In this document: in pieces, positions 1 to 8,898 of the stretch
Position numbering within the stretch: position 1 is the first letter of the stretch
How the letters are laid out: each line of letters begins with the position of its first letter
DNA from: Halogeometricum borinquense DSM 11551
Lineage (GTDB): Archaea; Halobacteriota; Halobacteria; Halobacteriales; Haloferacaceae
NCBI RefSeq assembly: GCF_000172995.2
Contig: NC_014729.1
Coordinates: 630,001 to 662,000 of the forward strand
Direction: 5' to 3'
Length of the DNA stretch: 32,000 nt
The notes under the pieces: model-generated
Databases searched by the model: none
Told to the model about the DNA's origin: nothing
What the model saw: only the letters and a program-made list of their open reading frames with translations
Made by a program: the position numbers and the translations under genes

Positions 1-151
1 AACCACCGAACTCGGAACCGGTTCATCGTCGAGTCCAACAGTTCGATTCAGCGGTCAGATGACCGCCATGAAGTATCCACTGCCGATGCCGGCAGTACTG
101 AACAATGAAGAATCTGGGGAACGGTGGGGAGCAGGCGTCGAAGCGTCTCGG

Positions 152-979
152 TTACAGGACGAACGTTCCTTCGGGGAGCAACTCCTCTTCGGTCCGCTTT
201 GCCTCAGCTCCTTCCTGGACCAGTGTCGCTTCGGTCATGATGTCCTCGAAGCGGTCTACGTCCGGTTCGACGCGTTTGAGCATCGAGGAGAACTCCGATC
301 CCTTCCGTCCTCCGGCACTCACGATACCGCCGGTTTTCCGCTCTTCGAACGGAACCTCGTCGGGGTCGGGGAACTCCTCCCGGATTATCTCTGCGAACGC
401 CTCTAACTCTTCGGCGGCCTCTTTTTGCGAGTACAGGCATTCGCTGGTGTACAGTTCGTCGTGCGTGTCGTTTAGTTCCTCAACTAAATGCTCGGGCGAC
501 TCGTATCGAATCGACTCCGACGTGGTGTGCCCGGCCGCGAATCGAATGTTCACCGTGAAGCAGTCCGGATACCGGAGAATGATCGGGAAAAACAACATCT
601 CCGAGACAGTGATTCGCTGTTGCATCCGCCAGAGCCCTTCGAGATAGTACGCCGCAATGGCTGCAAACGGATCATCCCGCTCGCCGCGAGCGTACGAGAG
701 TGCGACCGATTCGTATTCGTCGCCCACGACGCGCTGGAGACGACTCCGGTAGCTCTCCGCGATTGCTTCGAGTTCACGTTCGTACGCCGTCAACAGTGAG
801 ACGTCCGGATCCGCGAGCATCTCTGCTTTCCGGTCTAGCCCATCCGCCACGCGCATCATATTCTGATGAAACTCGCGTTCGGCCTCCTTGTCGGGTAACG
901 GCGTCCGAACTGCCCGTTCATGAAGGACGTCTATACTCCCATTGAATCGTTCCCTTTGATACCCCATCCGCGAACACAT
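152..979 (-). CDS. hypothetical acidic protein (no family recognised)
   Basis: 275-codon ORF with the Asp/Glu-rich composition typical of haloarchaeal cytoplasmic proteins. The overlapping ORFs 105..647, 204..440 and 488..799 are Arg/Ser/Pro-rich GC artefacts. Met5 (967) is an alternative start. Confidence 0.6.
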   Translation of the reverse strand: MCSRMGYQRERFNGSIDVLHERAVRTPLPDKEAEREFHQNMMRVADGLDRKAEMLADPDVSLLTAYERELEAIAESYRSRLQRVVGDEYESVALSYARGERDDPFAAIAAYYLEGLWRMQQRITVSEMLFFPIILRYPDCFTVNIRFAAGHTTSESIRYESPEHLVEELNDTHDELYTSECLYSQKEAAEELEAFAEIIREEFPDPDEVPFEERKTGGIVSAGGRKGSEFSSMLKRVEPDVDRFEDIMTEATLVQEGAEAKRTEEELLPEGTFVL

Positions 980-1075
980 ACTGTACTTCCGATATATTAA
1001 ATGCTTACATGTTTACGCTCTCATGTGATCGTTCAGGACAGTTAAGCACGTGTCAGGGAGGATGAGTGTATGTCG

Positions 1076-1786
1076 TTACTTGACGGTGTTTTGAAGTTTC
1101 CCGATCCCTTCATACCAGATGGTTACGTCTTCGCCCGGTTCGACCAGTCCGGGGTTGGCGGGGCTCCCAAACGAGACGACGTCCCCCGGTTGGAACGTGT
1201 ACCGTTCGGAGAGGAACGAGATGATCTCTCGCGGCGAGAACAGCATCAACTCGGTGTTCGACTCCTGACGTTGTTCGCCGCCGACGTGAGTCGTCATGTC
1301 GATGCCCTCGGGATCGAGGTCTGTCTCGATCCACGGGCCGAGGGGTGCCGATCCGTCGAACGCCTTTCGCGCTGTTCGTCCCGCTTGATCGAGTGCGTCG
1401 AGGTCGTTCAGAATGGTGTAGCCCCGCACGGCATCGTCAACCTCGTCGATAGCGAGGTCGGTACACCGTTCGTCGATCACGGCGGCGAGTTCGCCCGCGT
1501 AGGTGAGTTCCTCCGTCCACGCGGGATACTCGACCGGTTCGTCGGGCGGATGGACTGACACGGGCGGCTTGATGAACCAGTCCGGAACCTCAGGCGTCTC
1601 ATACTCCATCTGTTCGAGGGTCGCGGCGAAGTTCCGGCCGACGCAATAACACGCCGACGGCTCGCACGGTGCAAGCAACTCGGCATCGTCGCCGACGATG
1701 TACGCGCCATCGTCCGTCTCAACCGTCCCATCGTCGTATTCACCCGTCAGTACCCCGTCGGCGGTCCGGATTCGTGCCAGTCGCAT
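1076..1786 (-). CDS. fumarylacetoacetate hydrolase (FAH) family protein
   Basis: Starting at Met106 of ORF 1076..2101 (MRLARIRTADG...) gives 236 aa with FAH-fold-like blocks (CVGRNFAATLEQ, YAGELAAVI, GYTILNDLDA, SFGSPANPG). The upstream 105 codons are Arg/Thr/Gly-rich and look non-coding. ATG confirmed at 1786-1784. Confidence 0.8.
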   Translation of the reverse strand: MRLARIRTADGVLTGEYDDGTVETDDGAYIVGDDAELLAPCEPSACYCVGRNFAATLEQMEYETPEVPDWFIKPPVSVHPPDEPVEYPAWTEELTYAGELAAVIDERCTDLAIDEVDDAVRGYTILNDLDALDQAGRTARKAFDGSAPLGPWIETDLDPEGIDMTTHVGGEQRQESNTELMLFSPREIISFLSERYTFQPGDVVSFGSPANPGLVEPGEDVTIWYEGIGKLQNTVK

Positions 1787-1814
1787 GTGCGAGCCGTTCA
1801 CGGGGTACCGGACT

Positions 1815-2585
1815 ATGGTTTTCGGTCGTTGTCGCCGGAGTCCGTCAGTGGTGACAGGCAACTTCTCGTGGCTGAATGCGCTCTCTGCCGTGCAGGCGAT
1901 TGCGACGTTCAGCGATGGTGTGCTTACGTCGCTTCTGCCAGTTGCTGCCCCGACGGCCGCGCCGACGCCGGTTCCGCTGCGAGCGATTTCGGTCCTCGTC
2001 GGTCTGCTCGTCCTCGGGTTGAGTATCCGCCCGGCACGGAACATGCTCTCTTCCTCACAGGTGATGAACACGTCGTTCGACCCGTTCAGCCTTGTCAACA
2101 CTTACGGCGCGTTCGGGTCCATTACGCGAGACCGGTACCAACTCGTCGTCGAAGGCACCCATGCGGAGTTTCCGACCGACGACGACTGGACGGCCTACGA
2201 GTTCGCGGGCCAGCCCGTACGAACGGGCGAACGGCCATCGCAGTGGGCACCGTACCACCTCCGATTGGACTGGCAACTCTGGTTCGCCGCGATGCGACCG
2301 CGGCCTGGCCCCCGTCAGCGATGGGTTATCCGCTTTCTCGAACGTCTGCTCGAAGGCGATACGGCTACGCTGTCACTGCTACGGCGGAACCCCTTTTCGG
2401 ACGATCCGCCGGACCGTATCCGAGTGCTTCGCTATCGGTACCGGTTCACGACGCCCGCGGAGCGAGCCGAGACGGGGCAGTGGTGGGTCCGCGAACGCGT
2501 CGGCACGTACGTCCATCCCGTCTCGTTGTCCGACATTCGCTCCGGAAGCCGAACTGCGGTTCGAAGCCCGCTAGTCGGGGACTAA
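1815..2585 (+). CDS. lipase maturation factor (LMF1-like) family protein, C-terminal half only; probably a 5'-truncated remnant
   Basis: The frame of ORF 1698..2585 carries LMF-family hallmarks (GNFSWLNAL, QVMNTSFDPFSLVNTYGAFGSITRDRY, APYHLRLDWQLWFAAM). Similarity starts about 1860, only about 75 nt from the divergent FAH start (1786). Usable ATGs are at 1815, 2043 and 2064. Confidence 0.6.
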   Translation: MVFGRCRRSPSVVTGNFSWLNALSAVQAIATFSDGVLTSLLPVAAPTAAPTPVPLRAISVLVGLLVLGLSIRPARNMLSSSQVMNTSFDPFSLVNTYGAFGSITRDRYQLVVEGTHAEFPTDDDWTAYEFAGQPVRTGERPSQWAPYHLRLDWQLWFAAMRPRPGPRQRWVIRFLERLLEGDTATLSLLRRNPFSDDPPDRIRVLRYRYRFTTPAERAETGQWWVRERVGTYVHPVSLSDIRSGSRTAVRSPLVGD

Positions 2586-2611
2586 GACGGGGTGAGTGCG
2601 GAATATCGGAG

Positions 2612-3025
2612 TTACGACGGGTCGTCGGCTTTCGCCTCGTCTTCGCTCGTCGCCGCTTCCCGCGCCGGGGGGTGTTTCGAGAGCAGTTTCCCCCACAACG
2701 ACCGGTTGTGCGCAACGTGGCGGTACCCCCACTCCCGAACGTCTCGATAGAGTCCGACGCTCCTGAGCGACCTGACGATAGGTCGAGCGCCTGATCCAAG
2801 GTCGGTTCGGAGCATCGCCTCTTCGATGGACGCACCGCACGAGTAGACGGCATCGTCGGTTACGAGGTGCGAACAGGACTCGTAGTCGGGCGGCAGTCGA
2901 TCACGGAGCGATGGGTCGAGTGCAGAGAACCCGACGATTCGAAGGTCCGAGCGAGCTTCGAGGAAGTCGGCCCACCAGGTGCAGAACCCGCAGTCGTCGT
3001 CGTAGACGAGTACGGCGTCGGTCAT
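2612..3025 (-). CDS. DCC1-like thiol-disulfide oxidoreductase (DUF393 family)
   Basis: Met29 of ORF 2612..3109 (MTDAVLVYDDDCGFCTWW...) gives 137 aa with the N-terminal DxxCxxC motif characteristic of DCC/DUF393 proteins. Confidence 0.8.
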   Translation of the reverse strand: MTDAVLVYDDDCGFCTWWADFLEARSDLRIVGFSALDPSLRDRLPPDYESCSHLVTDDAVYSCGASIEEAMLRTDLGSGARPIVRSLRSVGLYRDVREWGYRHVAHNRSLWGKLLSKHPPAREAATSEDEAKADDPS

Positions 3026-3123
3026 ACTATGCCAGATGGGCGCAAGACACATACCTTCCATGCCAATCTCTTGACTGACTGCGTGAGCGGTGACGTTTCC
3101 TCTCGGCAACGAATAGTTCGTGT

Positions 3124-3294
3124 ATGGAGCAGTTCGTCAAGTTACTCGTGGCGGGCGGTGTGACGTTGGTCACCGGTCTCTGGACTGTGACGTTTCTCGA
3201 TAGCGGGTCGCTTCTGTGGGCGTTCGGCGTCGTCCTCGTCGTCGCCGGCGTCGGCGGACTGGCGGGCGGAATCTGGCGAAATATCGAATACTGA
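3124..3294 (+). CDS. small two-helix membrane protein (56 aa), hypothetical
   Basis: This ORF is below the track cut-off: MEQFVKLLVAGGVTLVTGLWTVTFLDSGSLLWAFGVVLVVAGVGGLAGGIWRNIEY. It has ATG at 3124 and TGA at 3292-3294, two hydrophobic segments and GC-rich third positions. Confidence 0.45.
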   Translation: MEQFVKLLVAGGVTLVTGLWTVTFLDSGSLLWAFGVVLVVAGVGGLAGGIWRNIEY

Positions 3295-3387
3295 TAGGAC
3301 GAGACTTGAGGCGGCTAGCGGGTCGTATCCGGTCGCTGCGCTGACAGTGCGTCGGTTGACGGTGTGTGGATGACGGGCGTGCGGCAG

Positions 3388-3639
3388 TTAGGGAATGTCC
3401 TCGAAGAGGTCCCGCTCCAGCGATTCGGTTCGGAACGACGCGAGTGATTGCCGCGTGGTGGCGATTGCAGTGGCGAGCATCCCGATGACGAATACGGCGA
3501 CGAGCGGTGAGTGTGTGCCGTGGACAAGCGCGTTTATGCCCTGTGCGCTGGCGAGAACAACCGGTGCAACCGAAAGCGCTGCCGTCCGACCGGGACGTTC
3601 GCAGAACAGATTCCAGAGCGCAGCGAACGGCTTCGACAT
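3388..3639 (-). CDS. small membrane protein, hypothetical
   Basis: 83-aa ORF with two hydrophobic stretches (AALSVAPVVLASA, LVAVFVIGMLATAIA) and an acidic C-terminus. No family recognised. Confidence 0.5.
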   Translation of the reverse strand: MSKPFAALWNLFCERPGRTAALSVAPVVLASAQGINALVHGTHSPLVAVFVIGMLATAIATTRQSLASFRTESLERDLFEDIP

Positions 3640-3726
3640 GCTTCGCTCATCTCTATTGGAGGTCCATAAAAAAGTCTTTCACCCGCTAGCTGCCGTGAAT
3701 GCCGCAAAAACGAGACGGAACGGGCA

Positions 3727-4101
3727 CTACGCCCGAGGCCCTTCCGTGGTCGCAGCACGAGCCTCCATCCGCGCTTCGTAGGCTTCGTAGCCCGACAGCA
3801 CCGCCACGACGAGGCCGCTGATGACGCTACTCGCCATTACCGTCGTCGCCGCCCCGTACACGAACGGCGCTGCAATCATCCACACGCCGAGCAATCCTGC
3901 GAGACCGGAGGTCCACGTGTTGCCCATTCCAGTCTCACGAGTGCGGTATGCACCGTACCCTGCGAGGAGCGCAATCGCCGCACCGATGATGAGACTGTTC
4001 CAGAACTGTGCGCCTCCCATGCCAAACACGAACGCCGATGCGAACAGCCACGCACCGAACAGTGCGCTGATGCTATTGAACCACTGAGATGTGTCTACCA
4101 T
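3727..4101 (-). CDS. SPW-repeat-like membrane protein
   Basis: 124 aa with two tandem units of the type W-x-N/S-x(5)-G-x-W-[LM]-x-[AS]-x-[PA]-F-V-[FY]-G (WFNSISALFGAWLFASAFVFG and WTSGLAGLLGVWMIAAPFVYG). This is the pattern of the SPW repeat family. It has four hydrophobic helices. Confidence 0.65.
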   Translation of the reverse strand: MVDTSQWFNSISALFGAWLFASAFVFGMGGAQFWNSLIIGAAIALLAGYGAYRTRETGMGNTWTSGLAGLLGVWMIAAPFVYGAATTVMASSVISGLVVAVLSGYEAYEARMEARAATTEGPRA

Positions 4102-4185
4102 TCCGGTAGCACCTCCATATTATGCTAGGGGCTATCACGCAGATATATGTGGTGGTTACTCTCGGTGATGTCCTATCTTTCGCGA

Positions 4186-5025
4186 CTACTGCCGAGAATC
4201 GTACTCTTGATAGATGATGTGTCCACACGATTTGCAGTGGGATGCATCGGGGTCATGATGAGAGAGCCCGCAGTTGGGACAGGTAACGTTGACTTTCTCT
4301 CTGTTCGTCCACTCTCGCACGATTTTCCCCGCCTGCCACGGGACGAGGATAATCGCAGCGAGGACGCTGGCGACGGTCACCCAGCGCCCCGCGCTCGTGA
4401 CCGGGATAATATCACCGAATCCGACCGTCGTGAGCGTGATTACCATGTAGTAGAAGGCGTCTCCGAAGTTGTTCACATCGGGGTTCGTTTGGAACTCGGC
4501 GCTGTAGAACAGCCCCGCCGAAACGAAGAAGACGACTAACACGGTCAATAGCAGTTTCATGACCCGAAGCGTCTCCACCGAGACCGTGCCGAAGAAGAAC
4601 TCCTCGTCTCGCGTGAACCGGTAGAACCGAAGGACGCGGACGACTCGAGCGACCCGCAAGAAGCCCACGGTCAGCACCACCGCGGGAACGGGAAGCAGAA
4701 ACACCGAAATCGTTGGGAGGATCGACAACAGATCAACGACCGTATAGGGGTTCGTGAACTCTTGGAGACGGTTCCGCGAGCCGTACAACCGGAGGACGTA
4801 TTCGACGACAAAGACGGAGGCGATAGCCACTTCGGCGCGCCACAACCACGCGTCGGTCGCGGACGAAACGGGATACGTCTGTGCGACGAAGACGCCGACG
4901 AAGACTAGATTCAGTGCCAACAGCGTCACGTCGATAGCTTTCCCGACTGCCGTCCGGTGGTCCAACAGATAGAACCGAACCTGCTCGCGGAAGTCGTCCG
5001 TCCCAGACGGCGCGTGACTGCCCAT
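4186..5025 (-). CDS. voltage-gated-type (6-TM) potassium channel with C-terminal zinc-ribbon
   Basis: K+ selectivity filter TTVGFGD. S4-like arginine ladder LRVARVVRVLRFYRF. Six hydrophobic segments. C-terminal CPNC-x13-CKSC. Confidence 0.85.
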   Translation of the reverse strand: MGSHAPSGTDDFREQVRFYLLDHRTAVGKAIDVTLLALNLVFVGVFVAQTYPVSSATDAWLWRAEVAIASVFVVEYVLRLYGSRNRLQEFTNPYTVVDLLSILPTISVFLLPVPAVVLTVGFLRVARVVRVLRFYRFTRDEEFFFGTVSVETLRVMKLLLTVLVVFFVSAGLFYSAEFQTNPDVNNFGDAFYYMVITLTTVGFGDIIPVTSAGRWVTVASVLAAIILVPWQAGKIVREWTNREKVNVTCPNCGLSHHDPDASHCKSCGHIIYQEYDSRQ

Positions 5026-5097
5026 ACTCGTATCGGACGGCGGACGATACTGAATCTTACCGGCTTCAGTTCGTTACGGTGACTCGTCTCGGGAACT

Positions 5098-5675
5098 GTG
5101 TTCTCTGAGTCGCTGATTCGGCAACAAGGAGTGGACGAGAAAAATTATAAGAATACTAGCAAGTACCTGCACGAACTGATCCAAGAAGCCCGGGCGACCA
5201 GGGCGGAAGGTTTCCTTGCGCCCCAGAGCAGCGACCAGGAAGTCCAGCGACTCAAGAAGAAAATCGAGAAGTTGGAGGACCGACTGGCGGTGGCGAAACA
5301 GCAGCGCAGGGACTCAGTGACGATTCGGACGATCAAGCGATTCAGGCTGATTCGCCGGGACACGGACCTGGACGACCTATTCGTGGGTATCCGCGACGAC
5401 CGCTTGACGAAGACGGTGATTCAGTGTGCCGTACGTGAAGCGGCAGTCAAGGAGAGCATCCTGGAGGACAGCGAAGACCGATTCCACAAGAAGTTCACGC
5501 CACACACCGTCGGGACTGTGTTCACGACGCTGATGCGGAACCAGGGGAGAAGCAGCACATCCTCCAGTACATCCGTGAGGATGCGGAGAACGAGACGATA
5601 GACTTCTACACGCGGGTCGATAGAGCTGGAGTTAGGGAGGAGTATCTGGACTGCATCAAGTCGCTCGGACTATAG
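5098..5675 (+). pseudogene. decayed remnant of an RHH-like gene + tyrosine integrase module (paralogous to 22783..24206)
   Basis: SKYLHELIQEAR...VQRLKKKIEKLEDRL matches MIQYLQDLIQEAR...VEQLQQRVEELEQQL of the 163-aa protein. VREAAVKESILEDSEDRFHKKFTPHTVGTVFTTLMRNQG matches integrase VREAAVKTGVMEEGETRFHKKFTPHTFRTVFTTLMRNQG. After a frameshift, HILQYIREDAENETIDFYTRVDRAGVREEYLDCIKSLGL (stop 5673-5675) matches HILQYIRGDSESETIDIYTRIDRNQAQQEYLQAIKPLHL. The first ~190 aa of the integrase are missing, and the HxxR arginine is changed (HTFR to HTVG). Confidence 0.8.
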
Positions 5676-5870
5676 TAGGCTTGCACGGTACTGAACCACC
5701 AGAAACACATCTGATTCGGTAACTCCAATTCAAGGTGGTTATCCGAGCCAAACCTGATCACACACATATAAGATAAACTACATATCTTCGGGAGACAAAT
5801 GTTCGGGTGTAGTGATGAACATCACTGATAACCGAAGCCGAACGAACGGCTCGTCCAAGGTGTCGAACTG

Positions 5871-6278
5871 ATGGTGGTCGAAACGTCCCCTGCTGCCGAA
5901 CTCTTTCTCATCGGTCGAGTGTTGCTCGGTGGTGTCCTTGCGTATCTGGGTGTCAGTAACATGCTTGATGCCGAGAACAAAATCGAGTACGCTCGGTCGA
6001 CGGGCATTCCCTTCGCTGGTCTCGCCGTCCCAGTGTCGTTCGTACTACTGATCCTCGGCGGACTTGGGATCCTCCTCGGCGTGTACCCGATGATCGCGAG
6101 CGTCGGAGTCATTGCATTTTTCGCCGGCGTCACGCCCGCGATGCACGCATTCTGGCGGATCGATGACCCAGACGAGCGAAGCCAAGAGAAAACGCAATTC
6201 CTAGTCAACTTTGCGTTGCTGGGGAGTGCTCTGATCGTACTCGTCATCGGTAGCGCAACGTGGCCGTACGCCCCGTAA
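5871..6278 (+). CDS. DoxX family membrane protein
   Basis: 135 aa with four hydrophobic helices. DoxX-like pattern (LIGRVLLGGVLAYLGVSN ... FFAGVTPAMHAFW ... FLVNFALLGSALIV). Confidence 0.75.
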   Translation: MVVETSPAAELFLIGRVLLGGVLAYLGVSNMLDAENKIEYARSTGIPFAGLAVPVSFVLLILGGLGILLGVYPMIASVGVIAFFAGVTPAMHAFWRIDDPDERSQEKTQFLVNFALLGSALIVLVIGSATWPYAP

Positions 6279-6314
6279 CCCACGTCAGAACCACCCTACT
6301 CCACCCATCATACG

Positions 6315-6662
6315 ATGACCACAGACGATTCAACTGAGGCATTCGCTGGATTGTTCGCAGACTCCGACGCTGAGCCGGAGTTCCTGACGAAACTTCGGGC
6401 TCACGACCCAGACTTCGCAGATCACGTCGCTGCAATCGCACGAAACGCTGGAACAGATGACGCGCTGTCCGCACAGACGAAGACACTCATCACGCTCGCA
6501 CTCGATGCCGCCGATGGCAATACGAACGGCGTGAAGGATCTCGCTGCTGTTGCCCGTTCACAGGGCGTTTCCGAGCAGGAACTCGCCGAGACGGTGAAGG
6601 TAATCGCCAATCAAGGAGGCCTCGGGAAACTCGCAGTCGCTGCCCACGCTCTCACGGAGTAA
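6315..6662 (+). CDS. carboxymuconolactone decarboxylase (AhpD-like) family protein
   Basis: 115 aa. FLTKLRAHDPDFADHV...ALSAQTKTLITLALDAA...GVKDLAAVARSQGVSEQELAETVKV fits the CMD/AhpD helical repeat. Confidence 0.75.
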   Translation: MTTDDSTEAFAGLFADSDAEPEFLTKLRAHDPDFADHVAAIARNAGTDDALSAQTKTLITLALDAADGNTNGVKDLAAVARSQGVSEQELAETVKVIANQGGLGKLAVAAHALTE

Positions 6663-6670
6663 CTCACACG

Positions 6671-7078
6671 TCATGCGTTTCTGTGGCATTCTTCGCCATT
6701 CTCGCCCACCCACTCTGCATTCCATTCGTCGATTGCGTCGAACACTGGCTTGAGTGCTGCACCCTTCTCAGTCAGGCTGTAGTGGGTCTCGACGGGCGGC
6801 CCTTCCTCGACACGGCGGTCGACGATTGCGTCTTCCTCGAGTGATTCAAGCACCCGCGAGAGTGTGTACGAACTCGCGCCAGAGGCTCGTTTCAGCTCGT
6901 TAAATCGGTGGTCGCCATCGAACAGGTTGTAGAGAATCCGAAGCCGCCACTTGGTGCCGAACTGATCCAGTGACTGGACGCCTGCACACGCGTTCGGCGT
7001 GAGTTCCCGAACCTCTCGTAGGTTGTCATCGATCTTCTCGTCGGGCGCTGGAACCATACCAGCAATACGGGAACCCAA
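6671..7078 (-). CDS. HxlR-family winged-helix transcriptional regulator
   Basis: FGTKWRLRILYNLFDGDHRFNELKRASGASSYTLSRVLESLEEDAIVDRRV is the canonical HxlR pattern (KW-x3-IL-x2-L-x4-RF-x-EL ... L-x-LE). Confidence 0.85.
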   Translation of the reverse strand: MGSRIAGMVPAPDEKIDDNLREVRELTPNACAGVQSLDQFGTKWRLRILYNLFDGDHRFNELKRASGASSYTLSRVLESLEEDAIVDRRVEEGPPVETHYSLTEKGAALKPVFDAIDEWNAEWVGENGEECHRNA

Positions 7079-7154
7079 TAATGTAAGAATTTGTCTTGAA
7101 AAGACGTGACACGCTCACCTAAGATACGGCGGGTTTTTCTGGACGAACTGAATC

Positions 7155-8096
7155 TTATTCTGTCCGACTATGGGGGGCCGTGAAGTCAATATCCGGGCCG
7201 ACTGGCACGAATCCGGTCGGGTTGATATCCGTATGACTCCGGTAGTAGTGCTTCTTGATGTGGTCGAGAGTAACCGTCTCTGAGACGCCGTCGTGTTGGT
7301 AAATGTCGCGCGTGTACCCCCAAAGGTTGGGATAGTCGACGAGTCGTCGGATGTTACATTTGAAGTGCGTGTAGTAGACGGGGTCGAATCGGACCAGCGC
7401 GGGGAACAGTCGGAGATCGGCGATGGTGAGCGAGTCCCCGACGAGGAAGCGCTGGTCACCGAGCACGCCCTCCCAATGGTTGAGGGCGTCGAACATGGTC
7501 TCGACTGCTCTCTCGTAGGTGTCCTGCGACTCCGCGAAGCCGGCGGTATACGCGCCTTGGAGGATCGGTTCGTGCAGCTTTTCGACGACCGCGTCGATGC
7601 GGTCACGCTTGCCCGCCGGATAGAGGTCGTACTCGTCGCTGTGGTCAGCGAACGCCGTCGCGAGCATCTGCATGATCTCGATGGACTCGTTGTTGACGAT
7701 CGTCCCGTTCTCACGATCCCAGAGGACTGGCGTGGTGACGCCGCCAGAATACTCCGGATCGGCTGCTGTGTAGACTTCGTGGAGGAAGTCCGAATCGTGG
7801 ATGGAATCCGGCGTACAGCCGGGTTTGTCAGGGGTGAACTGCCAGCCACCGGCCCCACGGTAGGGGTCGACGATGTCCAGTGAGATGACGTCCTCAAGCC
7901 CGAGCAGTTTCCGGACGAGGGCAGCTCCGTGTGCCCATGGACAGGCGCGGGCGATGTACAGGTGATAGCGCCCCGACTCCGGGGGATATCGAGAGTCCGG
8001 GGAGATCCGCTCCCGGAACCCATCGTCACTTCGATTCTGGTCGTTCTCGGTCAATTCGTCAGTCGTCTTCCAGTGGCCGTCGATGAGGCGTCCCAT
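7155..8096 (-). CDS. Xi-class glutathione S-transferase / glutathionyl-hydroquinone reductase (YqjG/ECM4-like)
   Basis: Starting at Met144 of ORF 7155..8525 (MGRLIDGHW...) gives 313 aa with the Cys-Pro-Trp-Ala catalytic motif (YIARACPWAHG) and TTPVLWD. The upstream 143 codons are Ser/Thr/Arg-rich artefact. ATG checked at 8096-8094. Confidence 0.85.
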   Translation of the reverse strand: MGRLIDGHWKTTDELTENDQNRSDDGFRERISPDSRYPPESGRYHLYIARACPWAHGAALVRKLLGLEDVISLDIVDPYRGAGGWQFTPDKPGCTPDSIHDSDFLHEVYTAADPEYSGGVTTPVLWDRENGTIVNNESIEIMQMLATAFADHSDEYDLYPAGKRDRIDAVVEKLHEPILQGAYTAGFAESQDTYERAVETMFDALNHWEGVLGDQRFLVGDSLTIADLRLFPALVRFDPVYYTHFKCNIRRLVDYPNLWGYTRDIYQHDGVSETVTLDHIKKHYYRSHTDINPTGFVPVGPDIDFTAPHSRTE

Positions 8097-8136
8097 ATAT
8101 GCTGAACTGTAGTTGGTGGTCGTGTGCGTGCGTCGA

Positions 8137-8541
8137 TTAGGCTGTCTCCGCGACGGGCTCTTTGAGTTCGAGAAGATAGCCGAACGGATCTCGAACGTAG
8201 ATTGCTGGGGCTTCACCAGTCGCACCGTAGGGCGTCCCTTCTCGCTCGATAATGACGCCCGCGTCCTCGAGTTCCTGCTTGACGTCTTTGATATCCTCGT
8301 CCAGGATGATTGCGAGGTGATCGAAGTTCTCCCGTTCGGGGTGGACGAACTCGTCGGTCGGTCTGATGTGGATGATCGTGTCTTCTGTGAGCCGGAAGTG
8401 GAAAATCGGTGTCTCACCCGCTTCGTACTCGTCGAACCCTTCGAGCGGGAACCCGAGGTGGCCTTGATAGAATTCGATTGCGTGCTCGATCTCGTCCTCC
8501 GGAATTCGGAGGTGAACGTGGTCAATTTGTAGTGCGTTCAT
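8137..8541 (-). CDS. VOC (glyoxalase/bleomycin-resistance/dioxygenase) family protein
   Basis: Met59 of ORF 8137..8715 (MNALQIDHVHLRIPED...HLAIILDE...VRDPFGYLLEL) gives 134 aa with the paired beta-alpha-beta-beta-beta VOC pattern and metal ligands (H..H, E). Confidence 0.85.
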   Translation of the reverse strand: MNALQIDHVHLRIPEDEIEHAIEFYQGHLGFPLEGFDEYEAGETPIFHFRLTEDTIIHIRPTDEFVHPERENFDHLAIILDEDIKDVKQELEDAGVIIEREGTPYGATGEAPAIYVRDPFGYLLELKEPVAETA

Positions 8542-8898
8542 CTTTCGTATTAGATATAGAAGGTCTGTCAAATATAGTTCAGGCAATCCGGGTCTGATTA
8601 GGTCACACTCGGCTAACCACCCCGGAACGAGAGGAGCGAAACGGTTCCGCAGGCGGCAAATGGCGAAAACGCCTACAGTATCTGTAATTCCCAGTACATC
8701 CATAAATGAATCCACTCTCCTTGGAGAGCACAGAGCGCGGATGTTATCTCGTCATCTCGGTCCGTGTATGGAAATATGGCCGAATGGTCGCAGTCGAGAC
8801 AGACGCGTGAGAACAATTGTGCGACACCATCGATCGATAATAATCATTCAGGCCTCCCTCGGCTCACTGAAATCCTATGAAAATCAACCACCGGACGA

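Noticed and set aside
1-151. Possible 3' end of a gene entering from the left window edge
   Set aside because: Several frames are open for only 20-35 codons, with no recognisable motif. It cannot be assigned.
5811-5826. Palindrome AGTGATGaaCATCACT about 45 nt upstream of the DoxX gene, considered as an HxlR operator
   Set aside because: It has only 7-bp arms and is not adjacent to the HxlR gene promoter. It cannot be distinguished from chance without binding data.
7115-8029. 304-aa ORF and other long ORFs overlapping well-supported genes in the GC-rich parts (for example 105..647, 1787..2794, 2092..2574, 7293..7883, 24267..25037, 25804..26337, 26850..27407, 30842..31915)
   Set aside because: They have Arg/Ser/Pro/Thr-rich, basic, low-complexity translations, which are typical of out-of-frame or antisense readings of GC-rich haloarchaeal genes. 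Each overlaps a gene with clear family motifs and acidic composition.
8097-8525. N-terminal extensions of track ORFs (7155..8525, 1076..2101, 8137..8715, 2612..3109, 26862..27557, 28832..29479, 30545..31675)
   Set aside because: The extensions have non-protein-like composition or run into neighbouring genes. Family similarity begins at an internal Met in each case, so internal starts were used.
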